NCBI GenBank assembly: GCA_963733085.1 | Contig: CAVTBY010000013.1 | Coordinates: 2,809-66,808 of the forward strand | DNA length: 64,000 nucleotides | Source of the DNA: Ilumatobacteraceae bacterium | GTDB taxonomy: Bacteria > Actinomycetota > Acidimicrobiia > Acidimicrobiales > Ilumatobacteraceae | Reading direction: 5' to 3' | Shown: one piece after another, positions 31,251 to 40,229 of the stretch | How positions within the stretch are numbered: position 1 is the first letter of the stretch | Layout: each line of letters begins with the position of its first letter | Made by a program: the position numbers and the translations under genes | Notes under the pieces: generated by a model | Databases searched by the model: none | Told to the model about the DNA's origin: nothing | The model's input: only the letters and a program-made list of their open reading frames with translations

Positions 31251-33241
31251 GCGAGAAACATCGGGTGGTGTTCACGCCGTCGGGCCTTTCGGGAGACGTC
31301 GTCGACGGCACCACGGTGCTCGCCGCGGCTCGCCAACTCGGCGTCGACCTCGACAGCGTGTGTGGCGGTCGCGGCATCTGCGGTCGCTGCCAGGTCGTCC
31401 CGTCGATCGGCACGTTCGCCAAGTGGAAGATCACGACCACCGGTGACGAGCTCGATGGCTGGTCGGCGCTCGAACGGGACTATCGCGGCAACCGCCCACT
31501 CGCCACCGGACATCGCCTCGGTTGCGCCGCGCCGATCCACGGCGACGCCGTCATCGATGTGCCGGCGGAGAGCCAGGTGCACCGTCAAGTCGTTCGCAAG
31601 GAGCTGCGCGACCTCGACCTGCCCCAGCTCGCTGTCGACCCAGTGTTCGCCCTGCGTTATGTCGAAGTCGCTGCGGCCCAGCTCGGCTCGGCCCTGTCGG
31701 CCGCCGAGCTCGTGATCGCCGCGGTCGCCGAGCAACACGGTGATGTCGTCGACGCCCTCACCGCCAGCGTGCTGCCACACGTCCACGGGGCGATCGCCGG
31801 CGGCACGGCGACCGTGGCAATTCGGGACGCCAAGATCGTCGCCGTCTGGCCCGGATTCGTCGACGAGGCCTACGGCGTCGCCGTCGACGTCGGCTCGACC
31901 ACGATCGCCGGCCACCTCTGCGCGCTGTTCGGTGGGGACGTCCTATCGAGCGGTGGTCGGATGAACCCACAGATCCGCTTCGGCGAGGACCTGATGAGCC
32001 GCGTGTCCTACGTGATGATGAACCCCGGCGGTGATCGCCAGCTCACGGCGGCCGTTCGTGAAGCGATCGATGAACTGATCGGCGAGTTGCTCATCGCTGC
32101 CGACGTTCGCCGAGAACAGGTCCTCGAGGTCGTCATCGTCGGCAACCCGATCATGCACCACCTCGTGCTCGGCATCGACCCGACCCCACTCGGGAGCGCC
32201 CCGTTCACGTTGGCGACGAACGCACCCGTCACGGCACCGGCCGATGATCTCGAGCTCGACCTGCCGTTTGCCTCCTTCTACACCGGCCCGTGCATCGCCG
32301 GTCATGTCGGGGCCGACGCCGCGGCCATGGTCCTCGTTGAGGGCCCCCACCGCAGCGACGAGATGCGACTCGTCGTCGACATCGGCACCAACGCCGAGAT
32401 CGTCCTCGGCAATCGACACCGCCAGCTCGCCGCGTCCAGCCCCACCGGCCCGGCGTTCGAAGGCGCGCAGATCAGCTGTGGACAGCGAGCAACTGCCGGC
32501 GCCGTCGAGGGCGTGCGAATCGAATCCGATTCGTTGGACGCTCGGGTGAAGGTGATCGGCGTCGACCGATGGAGCGACGAGGCCGGTTTCGACGTGGCGG
32601 TCGCAGCGACCGGAGTCACCGGGCTGTGTGGGTCGGGAATCATCGACCTGCTCGCCGAGATGTTCCTCGCCGGGATCATCGACGCCGACGGGACGATCCT
32701 CGGCGAGAACACGGCGAGGACCGATCGGGTCGTGGCCGACGGCCGGACCTACCGATACGTCTTCTATCGCGACGCCCGGACCGAGCTGTCGATCACCCAG
32801 AACGACGTCCGGGCCGTGCAGCTCGCCAAGGCGGCCCTGCGCGCCGGTGTCGACCTGCTGCTCGAACACGCCGGCAAGCCGGCGGTCGCCGACATCCGGC
32901 TCGCCGGCGCATTCGGCGCTCACATCGACCCGCTCCACGCCCTGATCCTCGGACTCGTTCCTGACTGTCCGCTCGACGGCGTCAAGTCGGTCGGCAACTC
33001 CGCCGGTGCGGGGGCGGTGATGGCCCTGCTCTCGGCAGCAGCCCGTCGCGAGATGGAGGACGCGGTGCGCAACATCGAAAAGATCGAGACGGCGACGGAG
33101 CCACGCTTCCAGGAGTTGTTCGTCGCGGCGATGGCACTCCCCCATGCGTCGGCGCCGACCGACCACCTCGCCGACTTGGTCAGGCTCCCTGACCGCCCGG
33201 CATCGATGGGAGTAGGTCGACGGCGGAGGAGGAACCGATGA
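31247..33241 (+). CDS. ASKHA/DUF4445 2Fe-2S corrinoid reductive activase (RamA/RACo-like)
   Basis: CGGRGICGRC...RLGC, DVGSTT, NPQIRFGEDLMSR, DIGTNAEI, GPAFEG, CGSG, LAGAFG. Confidence 0.93.
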   Translation: MSEKHRVVFTPSGLSGDVVDGTTVLAAARQLGVDLDSVCGGRGICGRCQVVPSIGTFAKWKITTTGDELDGWSALERDYRGNRPLATGHRLGCAAPIHGDAVIDVPAESQVHRQVVRKELRDLDLPQLAVDPVFALRYVEVAAAQLGSALSAAELVIAAVAEQHGDVVDALTASVLPHVHGAIAGGTATVAIRDAKIVAVWPGFVDEAYGVAVDVGSTTIAGHLCALFGGDVLSSGGRMNPQIRFGEDLMSRVSYVMMNPGGDRQLTAAVREAIDELIGELLIAADVRREQVLEVVIVGNPIMHHLVLGIDPTPLGSAPFTLATNAPVTAPADDLELDLPFASFYTGPCIAGHVGADAAAMVLVEGPHRSDEMRLVVDIGTNAEIVLGNRHRQLAASSPTGPAFEGAQISCGQRATAGAVEGVRIESDSLDARVKVIGVDRWSDEAGFDVAVAATGVTGLCGSGIIDLLAEMFLAGIIDADGTILGENTARTDRVVADGRTYRYVFYRDARTELSITQNDVRAVQLAKAALRAGVDLLLEHAGKPAVADIRLAGAFGAHIDPLHALILGLVPDCPLDGVKSVGNSAGAGAVMALLSAAARREMEDAVRNIEKIETATEPRFQELFVAAMALPHASAPTDHLADLVRLPDRPASMGVGRRRRRNR

Positions 33242-33330
33242 GCGAGCGAAGCGAGCTCATGTCGGCCGAGCGAGCGCCAGCGAGCCGGACGACGATGGGG
33301 TTCGGGGGCGCAGCCCCCGGGACGTTATGA
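33238..33330 (+). repeat. MIRU-like intergenic element encoding a 30-aa coupling mini-ORF
   Basis: Its ATG overlaps the upstream TGA and its own TGA overlaps the mttB ATG. ATGAGCGAG occurs at both 33238 and 33327. Internal hairpin GGGGGCGCAGCCCCC. Confidence 0.7.
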
Positions 33331-34859
33331 GCGAGTCGCGAGGCCGGCGATCGGGCGGGCGGGCGGCGAGGCAGGCGATGCGGGCGGCCGCCGTCACCCA
33401 TGCCGACGCCTTCCTGACCCGGACGATGACGCCTGTCGAGATCGTCAGCGAAGAGGGCCTGCAGACGATCATCGGCAACGCCGAGACCATTCTCGCCGAA
33501 GTCGGCATCGAGGTGCGCGGGTACCCGTCAGCACTCGAGCGGTTCGCCGCCGCGGGGTGCGACATCGACGGCGAGCGCGTGCGCTTCCCGCGTGGGCTCG
33601 CCCGCTCGCTCGTCGCCACGGCCCCGGCGAGCTACGTCCAACATGCCCGCAACCCCGCCCACGACGTCACGATGGGGGGCGACGCCACGGTGTTCGCGCC
33701 CAACTACGGCTCGCCGTTCGCCCACGATCTCGACAACGGGCGGCGCTACGCGACGCTCGAGGACTTCCAGAACTTCGTCAAGCTGACCTACTCGTCACCC
33801 CACCTCCACCATTCCGGCGGGACGGTGTGCGAGCCGGTCGACGTCCCGGTCAGCAAGCGCCACCTCGACATGGTGTACAGCCACCTGCGCTACAGCGACA
33901 AACCGATCATGGGCTCGGTGACCGCGGGTGAGCGGGCTGCCGACTCCGTCGAGCTGGCCCGCATCGCCTTCGGCGGCGACCTCGGCGATCGCACCGTGAT
34001 CACCAGCCTGATCAACGCCTCGTCTCCGCTCGTCTGGGACGCCACGATGCTCGCTGCCGCCGAGGTCTACGCCGCCGCCAATCAGGCGACGATCATCACC
34101 CCGTTCATCCTCGCCGGAGCGATGGCTCCAGTGACGGTCGCCGGCGTCGCCGCCCAGACGCTCGCCGAGGCACTCGCCGGGATCGCCTTCACCCAGCTCG
34201 TCCGGCCCGGCGCACCGGTCGTGCTCGGCTCGTTCGCCAGCTCGATGTCGATGCAAACGGGTGCACCGACGTTTGGCACACCCGAGCCGGCGCTCGTGCT
34301 GTACACCCTCGCCGCCCTGGCCCGCCGCTTCAACCTGCCGTTCCGCAGCGGCGGGTCGCTGTGCGCCTCCAAGCTGCCCGACGCCCAGGCTGCCTACGAG
34401 AGCGCGGCGACGCTGCTGCCGACGATCATGGCCGGCGTCAACTTCGTGCTCCACGCCGCCGGCTGGCTGGAGGGCGGCCTGGCCATCGGCTACGAGAAGT
34501 TCATCCTCGACGAGGACCAGGTCGGGATGATGGCGGTGTTCGCCAAGGGCGTCGACCTCTCCCCCAACGGCCAAGCGCTGGACGCAATCCGCGAGAACCC
34601 ACCGGGACAGCACTTCCTCGGCTCACCGCACACGTTGGCCAACTTCGAGACCGCCTTCTACCGCAGCACCACCGCCGACAACTCGAGCTTCGAACAGTGG
34701 GCCGAGGACGGTGCCCTCGACGCCGCTCAGCGCGCCAACCGGATCTGGAAGCAACGTCTCGCCGACTATCAGGCCCCGCCGATCGACGAGTCCGTCGACG
34801 AGGAGCTCCAGGACTACGTCGCCCGCCGCAAGGCCGAACTCCCCGACGAGTTCGCGTGA
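33327..34859 (+). CDS. trimethylamine methyltransferase (MttB/MtgB) family, non-pyrrolysine
   Basis: RRSGGRAAR N-terminus, SGGTVCEP.DVP, PFILAGAMAP.T.AG, GAPTFGTPE, SKLPDAQAAYE, HAAGWLEGGL; no in-frame TAG. Confidence 0.93.
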   Translation: MSESRGRRSGGRAARQAMRAAAVTHADAFLTRTMTPVEIVSEEGLQTIIGNAETILAEVGIEVRGYPSALERFAAAGCDIDGERVRFPRGLARSLVATAPASYVQHARNPAHDVTMGGDATVFAPNYGSPFAHDLDNGRRYATLEDFQNFVKLTYSSPHLHHSGGTVCEPVDVPVSKRHLDMVYSHLRYSDKPIMGSVTAGERAADSVELARIAFGGDLGDRTVITSLINASSPLVWDATMLAAAEVYAAANQATIITPFILAGAMAPVTVAGVAAQTLAEALAGIAFTQLVRPGAPVVLGSFASSMSMQTGAPTFGTPEPALVLYTLAALARRFNLPFRSGGSLCASKLPDAQAAYESAATLLPTIMAGVNFVLHAAGWLEGGLAIGYEKFILDEDQVGMMAVFAKGVDLSPNGQALDAIRENPPGQHFLGSPHTLANFETAFYRSTTADNSSFEQWAEDGALDAAQRANRIWKQRLADYQAPPIDESVDEELQDYVARRKAELPDEFA

Positions 34860-34946
34860 CGACGGCGACAAGTGCCGACGCAGCGAGCACGGAACGGCCG
34901 TTTCAGTCGGCACTTCCGATGAGTTCGCGGCGATCCCGCGGTCATA

Positions 34947-35672
34947 GTGCTGGACGCGACGACCATCAAGGAGAACCTCGTGGATGCATTGACGCCCGCG
35001 GCCGAACTCGCGGCTACGAACCCGATCCGACACCCCAACGAGTCCGAGGAATATCGGCGCGCCCGACAGGACCTGCTCGTCGAGGAAATCGAGCTGCGCC
35101 GGAACATGGAGCGGGTGGCATCGCTTCGCCGCGACCTGCCGCTCGGTGGAGAGGTCCCGACGGACTACCAGTTCGTGGCCGAGGACGGCTCCGCCGTGAC
35201 ATTGAGTGGGCTGTTCGGCGAGCACGACACGCTGGTCATCTACAGCTACATGTTCGGCCCACAGCGGGAGGCACCATGCCCGATGTGCACGTCGATGATG
35301 GGTGGCTTCGACCACAAGATCGCGGACGTGAGTCGACGCGTCGCGATCGCCTTCACCGCCCGTTCGCCCATCGATCGGCTGATCGAGGCCAAGAAGGCAC
35401 GTGGCTGGATCGACCTGCCGGTGTACAGCGACACCGCGGGCGACTACACGCGGGACTATGTCTCCGCTGACGATGCCGACATGCCTGCGTACAACGTGTT
35501 CACCCGTCGCGACGGCGTAGTCCGCCATTTCTGGAGCGAGGAGATTGGCGGCGAGATGGCCGACCCCGGCCAGGATCCACGGGGCGCAGTCGAGATGGAT
35601 CCGCTGTGGCTGCTCTTCGACACCGTCCCAGAGGGACGCGGCGGCGACTGGCACCCCCAGCTCACGTACTGA
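34947..35672 (+). CDS. DUF899 thioredoxin-like protein
   Basis: ESEEYRRAR..LL.EE..L......A..RR.LP.G, CPMC, VRHFWS.E, D..PEGR..DW.P.L.Y. Confidence 0.88.
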   Translation: MLDATTIKENLVDALTPAAELAATNPIRHPNESEEYRRARQDLLVEEIELRRNMERVASLRRDLPLGGEVPTDYQFVAEDGSAVTLSGLFGEHDTLVIYSYMFGPQREAPCPMCTSMMGGFDHKIADVSRRVAIAFTARSPIDRLIEAKKARGWIDLPVYSDTAGDYTRDYVSADDADMPAYNVFTRRDGVVRHFWSEEIGGEMADPGQDPRGAVEMDPLWLLFDTVPEGRGGDWHPQLTY

Positions 35673-36674
35673 CTACCTTCGCCTGCCTCGAGGTTGACCG
35701 GTGCGGTCGCCACTGCGGGGCGCGGAGTTGGCCAGCGGGCCGACCTCGGCGACGATCCTCGCCTGATCCGGACAAGCGGCCGCGACGTGGCCGTCGATGG
35801 CACTCCGCATCGCGGCGAGGTGCTCGGGCGTCGTTCCGCAGCATCCGCCGATGATCCTGGCGCCGGCGTCGACGGCGAGCGAGGCGTAGCGACCCATCAG
35901 CTCCGGAGTACCGGTGTACACGATCTCGGTGCCTTGGAAATGTGGCACCCCGCAGTTGCCCTTGCAGATCGTCACCGCTGCGGGATCGGCCGCGGTCATC
36001 TCCAGCAGCGAGACCAGGATGTCGGGAGCGCCGACCCCACAATTGGCGCCATACGCCAACGGTGGCTTGGCGAGGCCCTCAAACACGCCACCGAGATCGG
36101 CTGGCAGCAGCCCCATCATCGTTCGTCCGGCGGTGTCGAACGAGCAGGTGGCCGTGTACGGAATTCCCGCCTCGACAGCCGCCGTGGCCGCGGCGCGCAC
36201 CTCGTCGGGCGCGGACATCGTCTCGATCCACGCCACGTCCGCCCCGCCCGCGAGCAAGCCTTCGATCTGTTCGCGAAACGCGGCGGTGGCGGCCTCGAGC
36301 GTGAGTGCTCCGAGTGGTTCGAACAGCTCTCCAGTCGGTCCCACCGACCCAGCGACGACGACGGGACGGTCGGCCGCATCCGCCACCTGGCGGGCGATCG
36401 CGGCGGCCGCCTTGGCCAGTTCGAACACCCGGTGCTCGGCGTGATGAAGCGCCAGCCGGTTGCGAGTGCAACCGAACGTGTTGGTGAGAACGATGTCGGC
36501 ACCGGCCCTGACGAATCGGCGGTGCAGGGCAGCGACCCGTTCAGGGTGGTCGATGTTCCACAGCTCGGGCGCACCACCGGACTCGAGGCCCATCTGGAAG
36601 TAGTTCGTGCCCGTCGCGCCATCGGCGAGCAAAACCTGACGAGCCTCGAGCAAGTCGGCCAACGAGCTACGCAC
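35673..36674 (-). CDS. bmt: stand-alone homocysteine S-methyltransferase (Bmt / split-MetH Hcy domain)
   Basis: LADGATGTN, AGSVGPTG, ETMS, SFDTAGRTMMG, GANCGVG, IIGGCCGTTPEH; start approximate. Confidence 0.88.
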   Translation of the reverse strand: MRSSLADLLEARQVLLADGATGTNYFQMGLESGGAPELWNIDHPERVAALHRRFVRAGADIVLTNTFGCTRNRLALHHAEHRVFELAKAAAAIARQVADAADRPVVVAGSVGPTGELFEPLGALTLEAATAAFREQIEGLLAGGADVAWIETMSAPDEVRAAATAAVEAGIPYTATCSFDTAGRTMMGLLPADLGGVFEGLAKPPLAYGANCGVGAPDILVSLLEMTAADPAAVTICKGNCGVPHFQGTEIVYTGTPELMGRYASLAVDAGARIIGGCCGTTPEHLAAMRSAIDGHVAAACPDQARIVAEVGPLANSAPRSGDRTGQPRGRRR

Positions 36675-36684
36675 CGACGTCAAC

Positions 36685-37053
36685 CTACGCAGTCCAGGGA
36701 ATCGTCGGCACGTCGCGGTAGAGCCGTTCGATCTCGTAGAAGCGGCGGACCTCGTCGAGGAACACGTGGACGACGACATCGCCGTAGTCGATCAACACCC
36801 ACTGCTGCTCGCGCTCGCCCTCGACTCGCAACGGTGACCGACCCGTGGCCTCGCGTACGCCGGCCTCGACGTCGTCCACGAGCGTGCGCACGAGCCGGCG
36901 GTTGGGGGCGTCGACGACGACGAAGTAGTCGGTGATGCCGAGCACGCTGCGCACGTCGAGTACCACGATGTTGCGCGCTTGCTTCTCGTCGGCCCGGCGC
37001 GACGCCGTGACGGCGAGTTGCAGGGAGTCCGGGTCGGCGGACACGTCGCTCAA
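36685..37053 (-). CDS. rsfS: ribosome silencing factor
   Basis: ADEKQA.NIVVLDV...TDYFVV...WVLIDYGDVVVHVF...RRFYEIERLY. Confidence 0.96.
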   Translation of the reverse strand: MSDVSADPDSLQLAVTASRRADEKQARNIVVLDVRSVLGITDYFVVVDAPNRRLVRTLVDDVEAGVREATGRSPLRVEGEREQQWVLIDYGDVVVHVFLDEVRRFYEIERLYRDVPTIPWTA

Positions 37054-38318
37054 CCGGTCGTCCCCCCGCTCGTCTCCACGGCCGGCGCCGTCGTGGCGAT
37101 GGCCGCAGTCAGGTCGAGCCCGTTGAGGTAATCGGTGCCCAACCTGGCGACGACGTCGACACCGGCGATCCTCCGTTCGGCGATGCGAACCTCGACGGGG
37201 CCGAACACCTCGCTCAGCGTGGCCGCCGCCGCGGCGAGGCTCTCGTCGCCGACCTCGATCACCGTCGGCGCTGCCGCCTCACCCGCCGATGTGTCGACAG
37301 AGATCACGTTCGCATCGACGCCGAGCAGGGCCTCCGTCGCCGTGTAGGCGACGTCGAGGCGCGTCGCGCCGTCGAGCTGGTCGTCGGAGTAGCTGCTCAC
37401 GACCCGGAAGTTGTAGCCGGGATTGGGCGCAGCGACCCTGCTCGGGGCGATGTGCCCGAAGATCAGGAGGACTTCCGGCCGGTCGAGGGCGGCGGCGTCC
37501 ACGCCCCGCGGGTTGCGGTCGAGGCTGACGATCGGCGTTGTCCGTAACGGCTGCACGGCCATCGGCCCGGATGTGACGAGGCTGGGCACGTCGGGCCTGG
37601 CTGACTGGCCGGCGGGGGTATCGGCAGGTGACGCCAGCGGGCTCGTCAACCCGTCGCCGACAACGTCGGCGATCGCCCGCCAGATCGCCACATCGACCGG
37701 ATAGCGGTCAGCACCGGGGACCGTCGGATCGGCGGCGCTGAGAACGGCGGCAACCTCTTCGGGGCTCATCGTCTGCGGTCCCGCAGCGGCGATCTGCACG
37801 CCGGCTGCATCGGAAACGGGTGCGGGCAGATCGACCTCGATAGCTCCCACAGGGGCCAGCCAGTCGGCGAGCTCGTCCTCGTCGAAGACGATCAGGTCGT
37901 CGATGCCGACACCGAGCACCAGCGGCACCTCGTCCTCGAGCGTCTCGGGTCCGAACAAGTCCACCGTCTCGTTGAGCGGTGTCCGCTCGGCGCCGAAACC
38001 GCCCGACGTGTCGGCGCTGATCGGAACGGGTACAACAGTCCCTCCTCGCCCCGGCGACCCGTCGTCGTCGGAGGGTCGGACCGTCAGCACGGCCACCGAG
38101 GCGAGGGCGCCACTGTCGTCGACGACCGCAACCGTCGCGGTCGGAGTCGCCGGAAACGTCACTTCGGGAGTGCCGCCACCGACGACTTGGCCATCGGTGG
38201 TGTTGGCGATCGCCGCGTAGCCCGCCGCGCCGAGGCCTGCGGCGAGCGCCACACAGGCGAGCGTCGCGACGACAGCGCGTGTCGTCGTCATCCTCCTCCG
38301 ATGACGTGAGACGGTCAC
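37050..38318 (-). CDS. membrane-anchored LCP/LytR-like envelope protein
   Basis: Basic N-terminus + TM, GGTVVPVP, C-terminal VDVVARLGTDY resembling LytR_C; sits between nadD and rsfS. Confidence 0.6.
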   Translation of the reverse strand: MTVSRHRRRMTTTRAVVATLACVALAAGLGAAGYAAIANTTDGQVVGGGTPEVTFPATPTATVAVVDDSGALASVAVLTVRPSDDDGSPGRGGTVVPVPISADTSGGFGAERTPLNETVDLFGPETLEDEVPLVLGVGIDDLIVFDEDELADWLAPVGAIEVDLPAPVSDAAGVQIAAAGPQTMSPEEVAAVLSAADPTVPGADRYPVDVAIWRAIADVVGDGLTSPLASPADTPAGQSARPDVPSLVTSGPMAVQPLRTTPIVSLDRNPRGVDAAALDRPEVLLIFGHIAPSRVAAPNPGYNFRVVSSYSDDQLDGATRLDVAYTATEALLGVDANVISVDTSAGEAAAPTVIEVGDESLAAAAATLSEVFGPVEVRIAERRIAGVDVVARLGTDYLNGLDLTAAIATTAPAVETSGGTTG

Positions 38319-38334
38319 GACCGAACCACGCCTC

Positions 38335-38382
38335 GTTCTACCGCCACGAACGAGACAGATTTGTCGTCTGCGGCGCCCGAGA
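38335..38382. repeat. 48-bp dispersed repeat, copy A
   Basis: Reverse complement of 44055-44102 with 1 mismatch. Confidence 0.85.
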
Positions 38383-38387
38383 ATCGC

Positions 38388-38440
38388 CGGAGCGTCAGAG
38401 AAGCGCCCAAAACGGCCTGGCGTGGCCGGGGAACGCAATG
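38388..38440 (+). repeat. dispersed repeat with CGTGGCCGGGGAACGCA core, copy 1
   Basis: The same core occurs at 45447-45463 and, inverted, at 61744-61760. Confidence 0.75.
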
Positions 38441-38445
38441 AGCGG

Positions 38446-39087
38446 TCACGCGTGAACCCCCGCGTAGAGGTTGCGATCGGCGATGACGGCGAGCACGGCG
38501 TCGATGAGCAGGTAGTCGAGCGGTCGGCCGTCGCTGAACCGGGCGCGCAGGTCGGTGCTCGACACCTCCAGGCGAGGGACTTCGACGTGGAGCCAGTCGA
38601 TGTCGTCGGGCGGTCGCACGGCGTTGCCGGGACGGTCGACGACCACCAGCGACGACTGAGCGAGAACCTCCTCGAATCGCTCCCAGGTGTGCAACCCGGC
38701 CGCCGCGTCGTCGCCCACGATCGTGAACAGCTCGGCACCCGGATTGCCAGCCGCCAGGGCCTCGAGCGTGTCGGCCGTGTAGCTCGGCCCTCCGGCGTCG
38801 ATCTCCAGTCTTCCGGCGGCCAGCCCGGGTACGTCGGCGACAGCGGCTTCGACCATCGCCAGACGGTCGGCGGCCGGGGTGATCGCCCGCTCCCCCTGCT
38901 TCTGCCACGGAATGTTGGCGACCATCAGGATCACCGTGTCGAGGCCGAGGGCGTGACGGACGTTCACGGCGGTCACCAAGTGGCCGACGTGAGGCGGGTC
39001 GAACGTGCCGCCGAACAGGCCGATTCGCAGCGCTCGACCGACGTCGCCGCCGGCGGTTGAACCAGCTGGCGAACCCGGTGACGGCAC
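38446..39087 (-). CDS. nadD: nicotinate-nucleotide adenylyltransferase
   Basis: GLFGGTFDPPHVGH, PWQK, SYTADTL, VSSTDLR; start approximate. Confidence 0.95.
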   Translation of the reverse strand: MPSPGSPAGSTAGGDVGRALRIGLFGGTFDPPHVGHLVTAVNVRHALGLDTVILMVANIPWQKQGERAITPAADRLAMVEAAVADVPGLAAGRLEIDAGGPSYTADTLEALAAGNPGAELFTIVGDDAAAGLHTWERFEEVLAQSSLVVVDRPGNAVRPPDDIDWLHVEVPRLEVSSTDLRARFSDGRPLDYLLIDAVLAVIADRNLYAGVHA

Positions 39088-39314
39088 GGCGCGAGTGTAC
39101 GGCTCGGACCCCGACGACCCGCGGAGCCTCGCTCCGGGCGAGGCGACGTGAAAGGACCTTGACAACCTTGTTATCCTGATGTTTCCCCGACTCCCCCGCT
39201 GGGGTACTGCCAGCGCGTCCGACACCCCCCAAACCTCGCCGTCGAGCAAACGGCTGTGTCGCCTGCACCGCAGGTGGGAATGAAAACAGCGAACGAACGG
39301 TTTACCACTACACA

Positions 39315-40142
39315 ATGAACGACTCGATTGGTCTGTACCTGAACGACATCGGCAAGGTCCCCCTGCTCACCGCTGAGGATGAGCGCGAGCTGTCGCGCGT
39401 CATCGAGGCGGGCCGCGAGGCCGCAGAGCAGCTGGCGAACGGAAAGCGCAGCGTGGCGTTGAAGAACGCCGTCGCCGCAGCTGCCGACGCCAAGGACCGC
39501 TTCATCCGCTCCAACCTCCGCCTCGTGGTCTCCATCGCCCGGCGCTACCCACTGCCCCAGGGCATGGACCTGCTCGACCTCATCCAGGAGGGCAACCTCG
39601 GGCTCGAGCACGCTGTCGACAAGTTCGACTGGCGGCGTGGCTTCAAGTTCTCGACCTACGCGACGTTCTGGATTCGCCAGGCGATCGGCCGGGCACTCGA
39701 CCAGAAGGCGAGCCTCATCCGCATCCCCGGCGACCGCTCGGCAAGCTTGCGCGCGGCCCTTCGCCAGGCGTCCGGCGACGGCGAGACCCTCGACCAGGCG
39801 AACGCGGAACTGCACCGTCTCACCACCCCCGTCTCGCTCGACAAGACTGTCGGGGACGACGGCGATGCGACGCTCGGTGACCTGATGGCGAACGGCGAGG
39901 GCACGCCCGAGGATGCCGTGATGTCGATGGTCGACGGCGACCTGCTCGACGAACTGCTCGGCACCCTCGATGGGCGCGCCCGCTACGCCGTGGAAGCCCG
40001 CTTCGGCCTCCTCGACGGTGAGCGCAAGAGCTTCCGCGAGGTCGGCGAGAGCCTCGGCGTCACCGCCGAAGCCGCCCGCCGCCTTGTCTCGCGTGCCGTC
40101 GCCGGTCTCCGCGACGACGCCGAGCGCATCCTCGCCGTCTGA
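39315..40142 (+). CDS. short sigma-70 factor of RpoD/SigB type
   Basis: DSIGLYLNDIGKVPLLT, NLRLVVSIARRY, DLIQEGNLGL, KFSTYATFWIRQ, region 4 HTH. Confidence 0.93.
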   Translation: MNDSIGLYLNDIGKVPLLTAEDERELSRVIEAGREAAEQLANGKRSVALKNAVAAAADAKDRFIRSNLRLVVSIARRYPLPQGMDLLDLIQEGNLGLEHAVDKFDWRRGFKFSTYATFWIRQAIGRALDQKASLIRIPGDRSASLRAALRQASGDGETLDQANAELHRLTTPVSLDKTVGDDGDATLGDLMANGEGTPEDAVMSMVDGDLLDELLGTLDGRARYAVEARFGLLDGERKSFREVGESLGVTAEAARRLVSRAVAGLRDDAERILAV

Positions 40143-40152
40143 GCCTCCCCGA

Positions 40153-40200
40153 TTCTGCTACCGCAATACGGTCGCTGATGACCGTTTTGCGGTAGTCGAA
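40153..40200. terminator. hairpin after the sigma gene (terminator or REP)
   Basis: CTACCGCAATACGGTC-GCTGAT-GACCGTTTTGCGGTAG. Confidence 0.6.
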
Positions 40201-40229
40201 CCACGTCATCCTGCTGCCAGGATGACCGG

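Noticed and set aside
33327-34859. Pyrrolysine recoding in MttB
   Set aside because: The ORF is open with no internal TAG, and no pyl genes are present.
18350-36700. Betaine cluster as a tRNA-integrated island
   Set aside because: I found no repeat of the tRNA 3' end at the far side, no integrase and no compositional shift.
39181-39207. GTTT-N17-GGGTAC SigF-like promoter upstream of the sigma gene
   Set aside because: A short motif easily matched by chance, with no supporting evidence.
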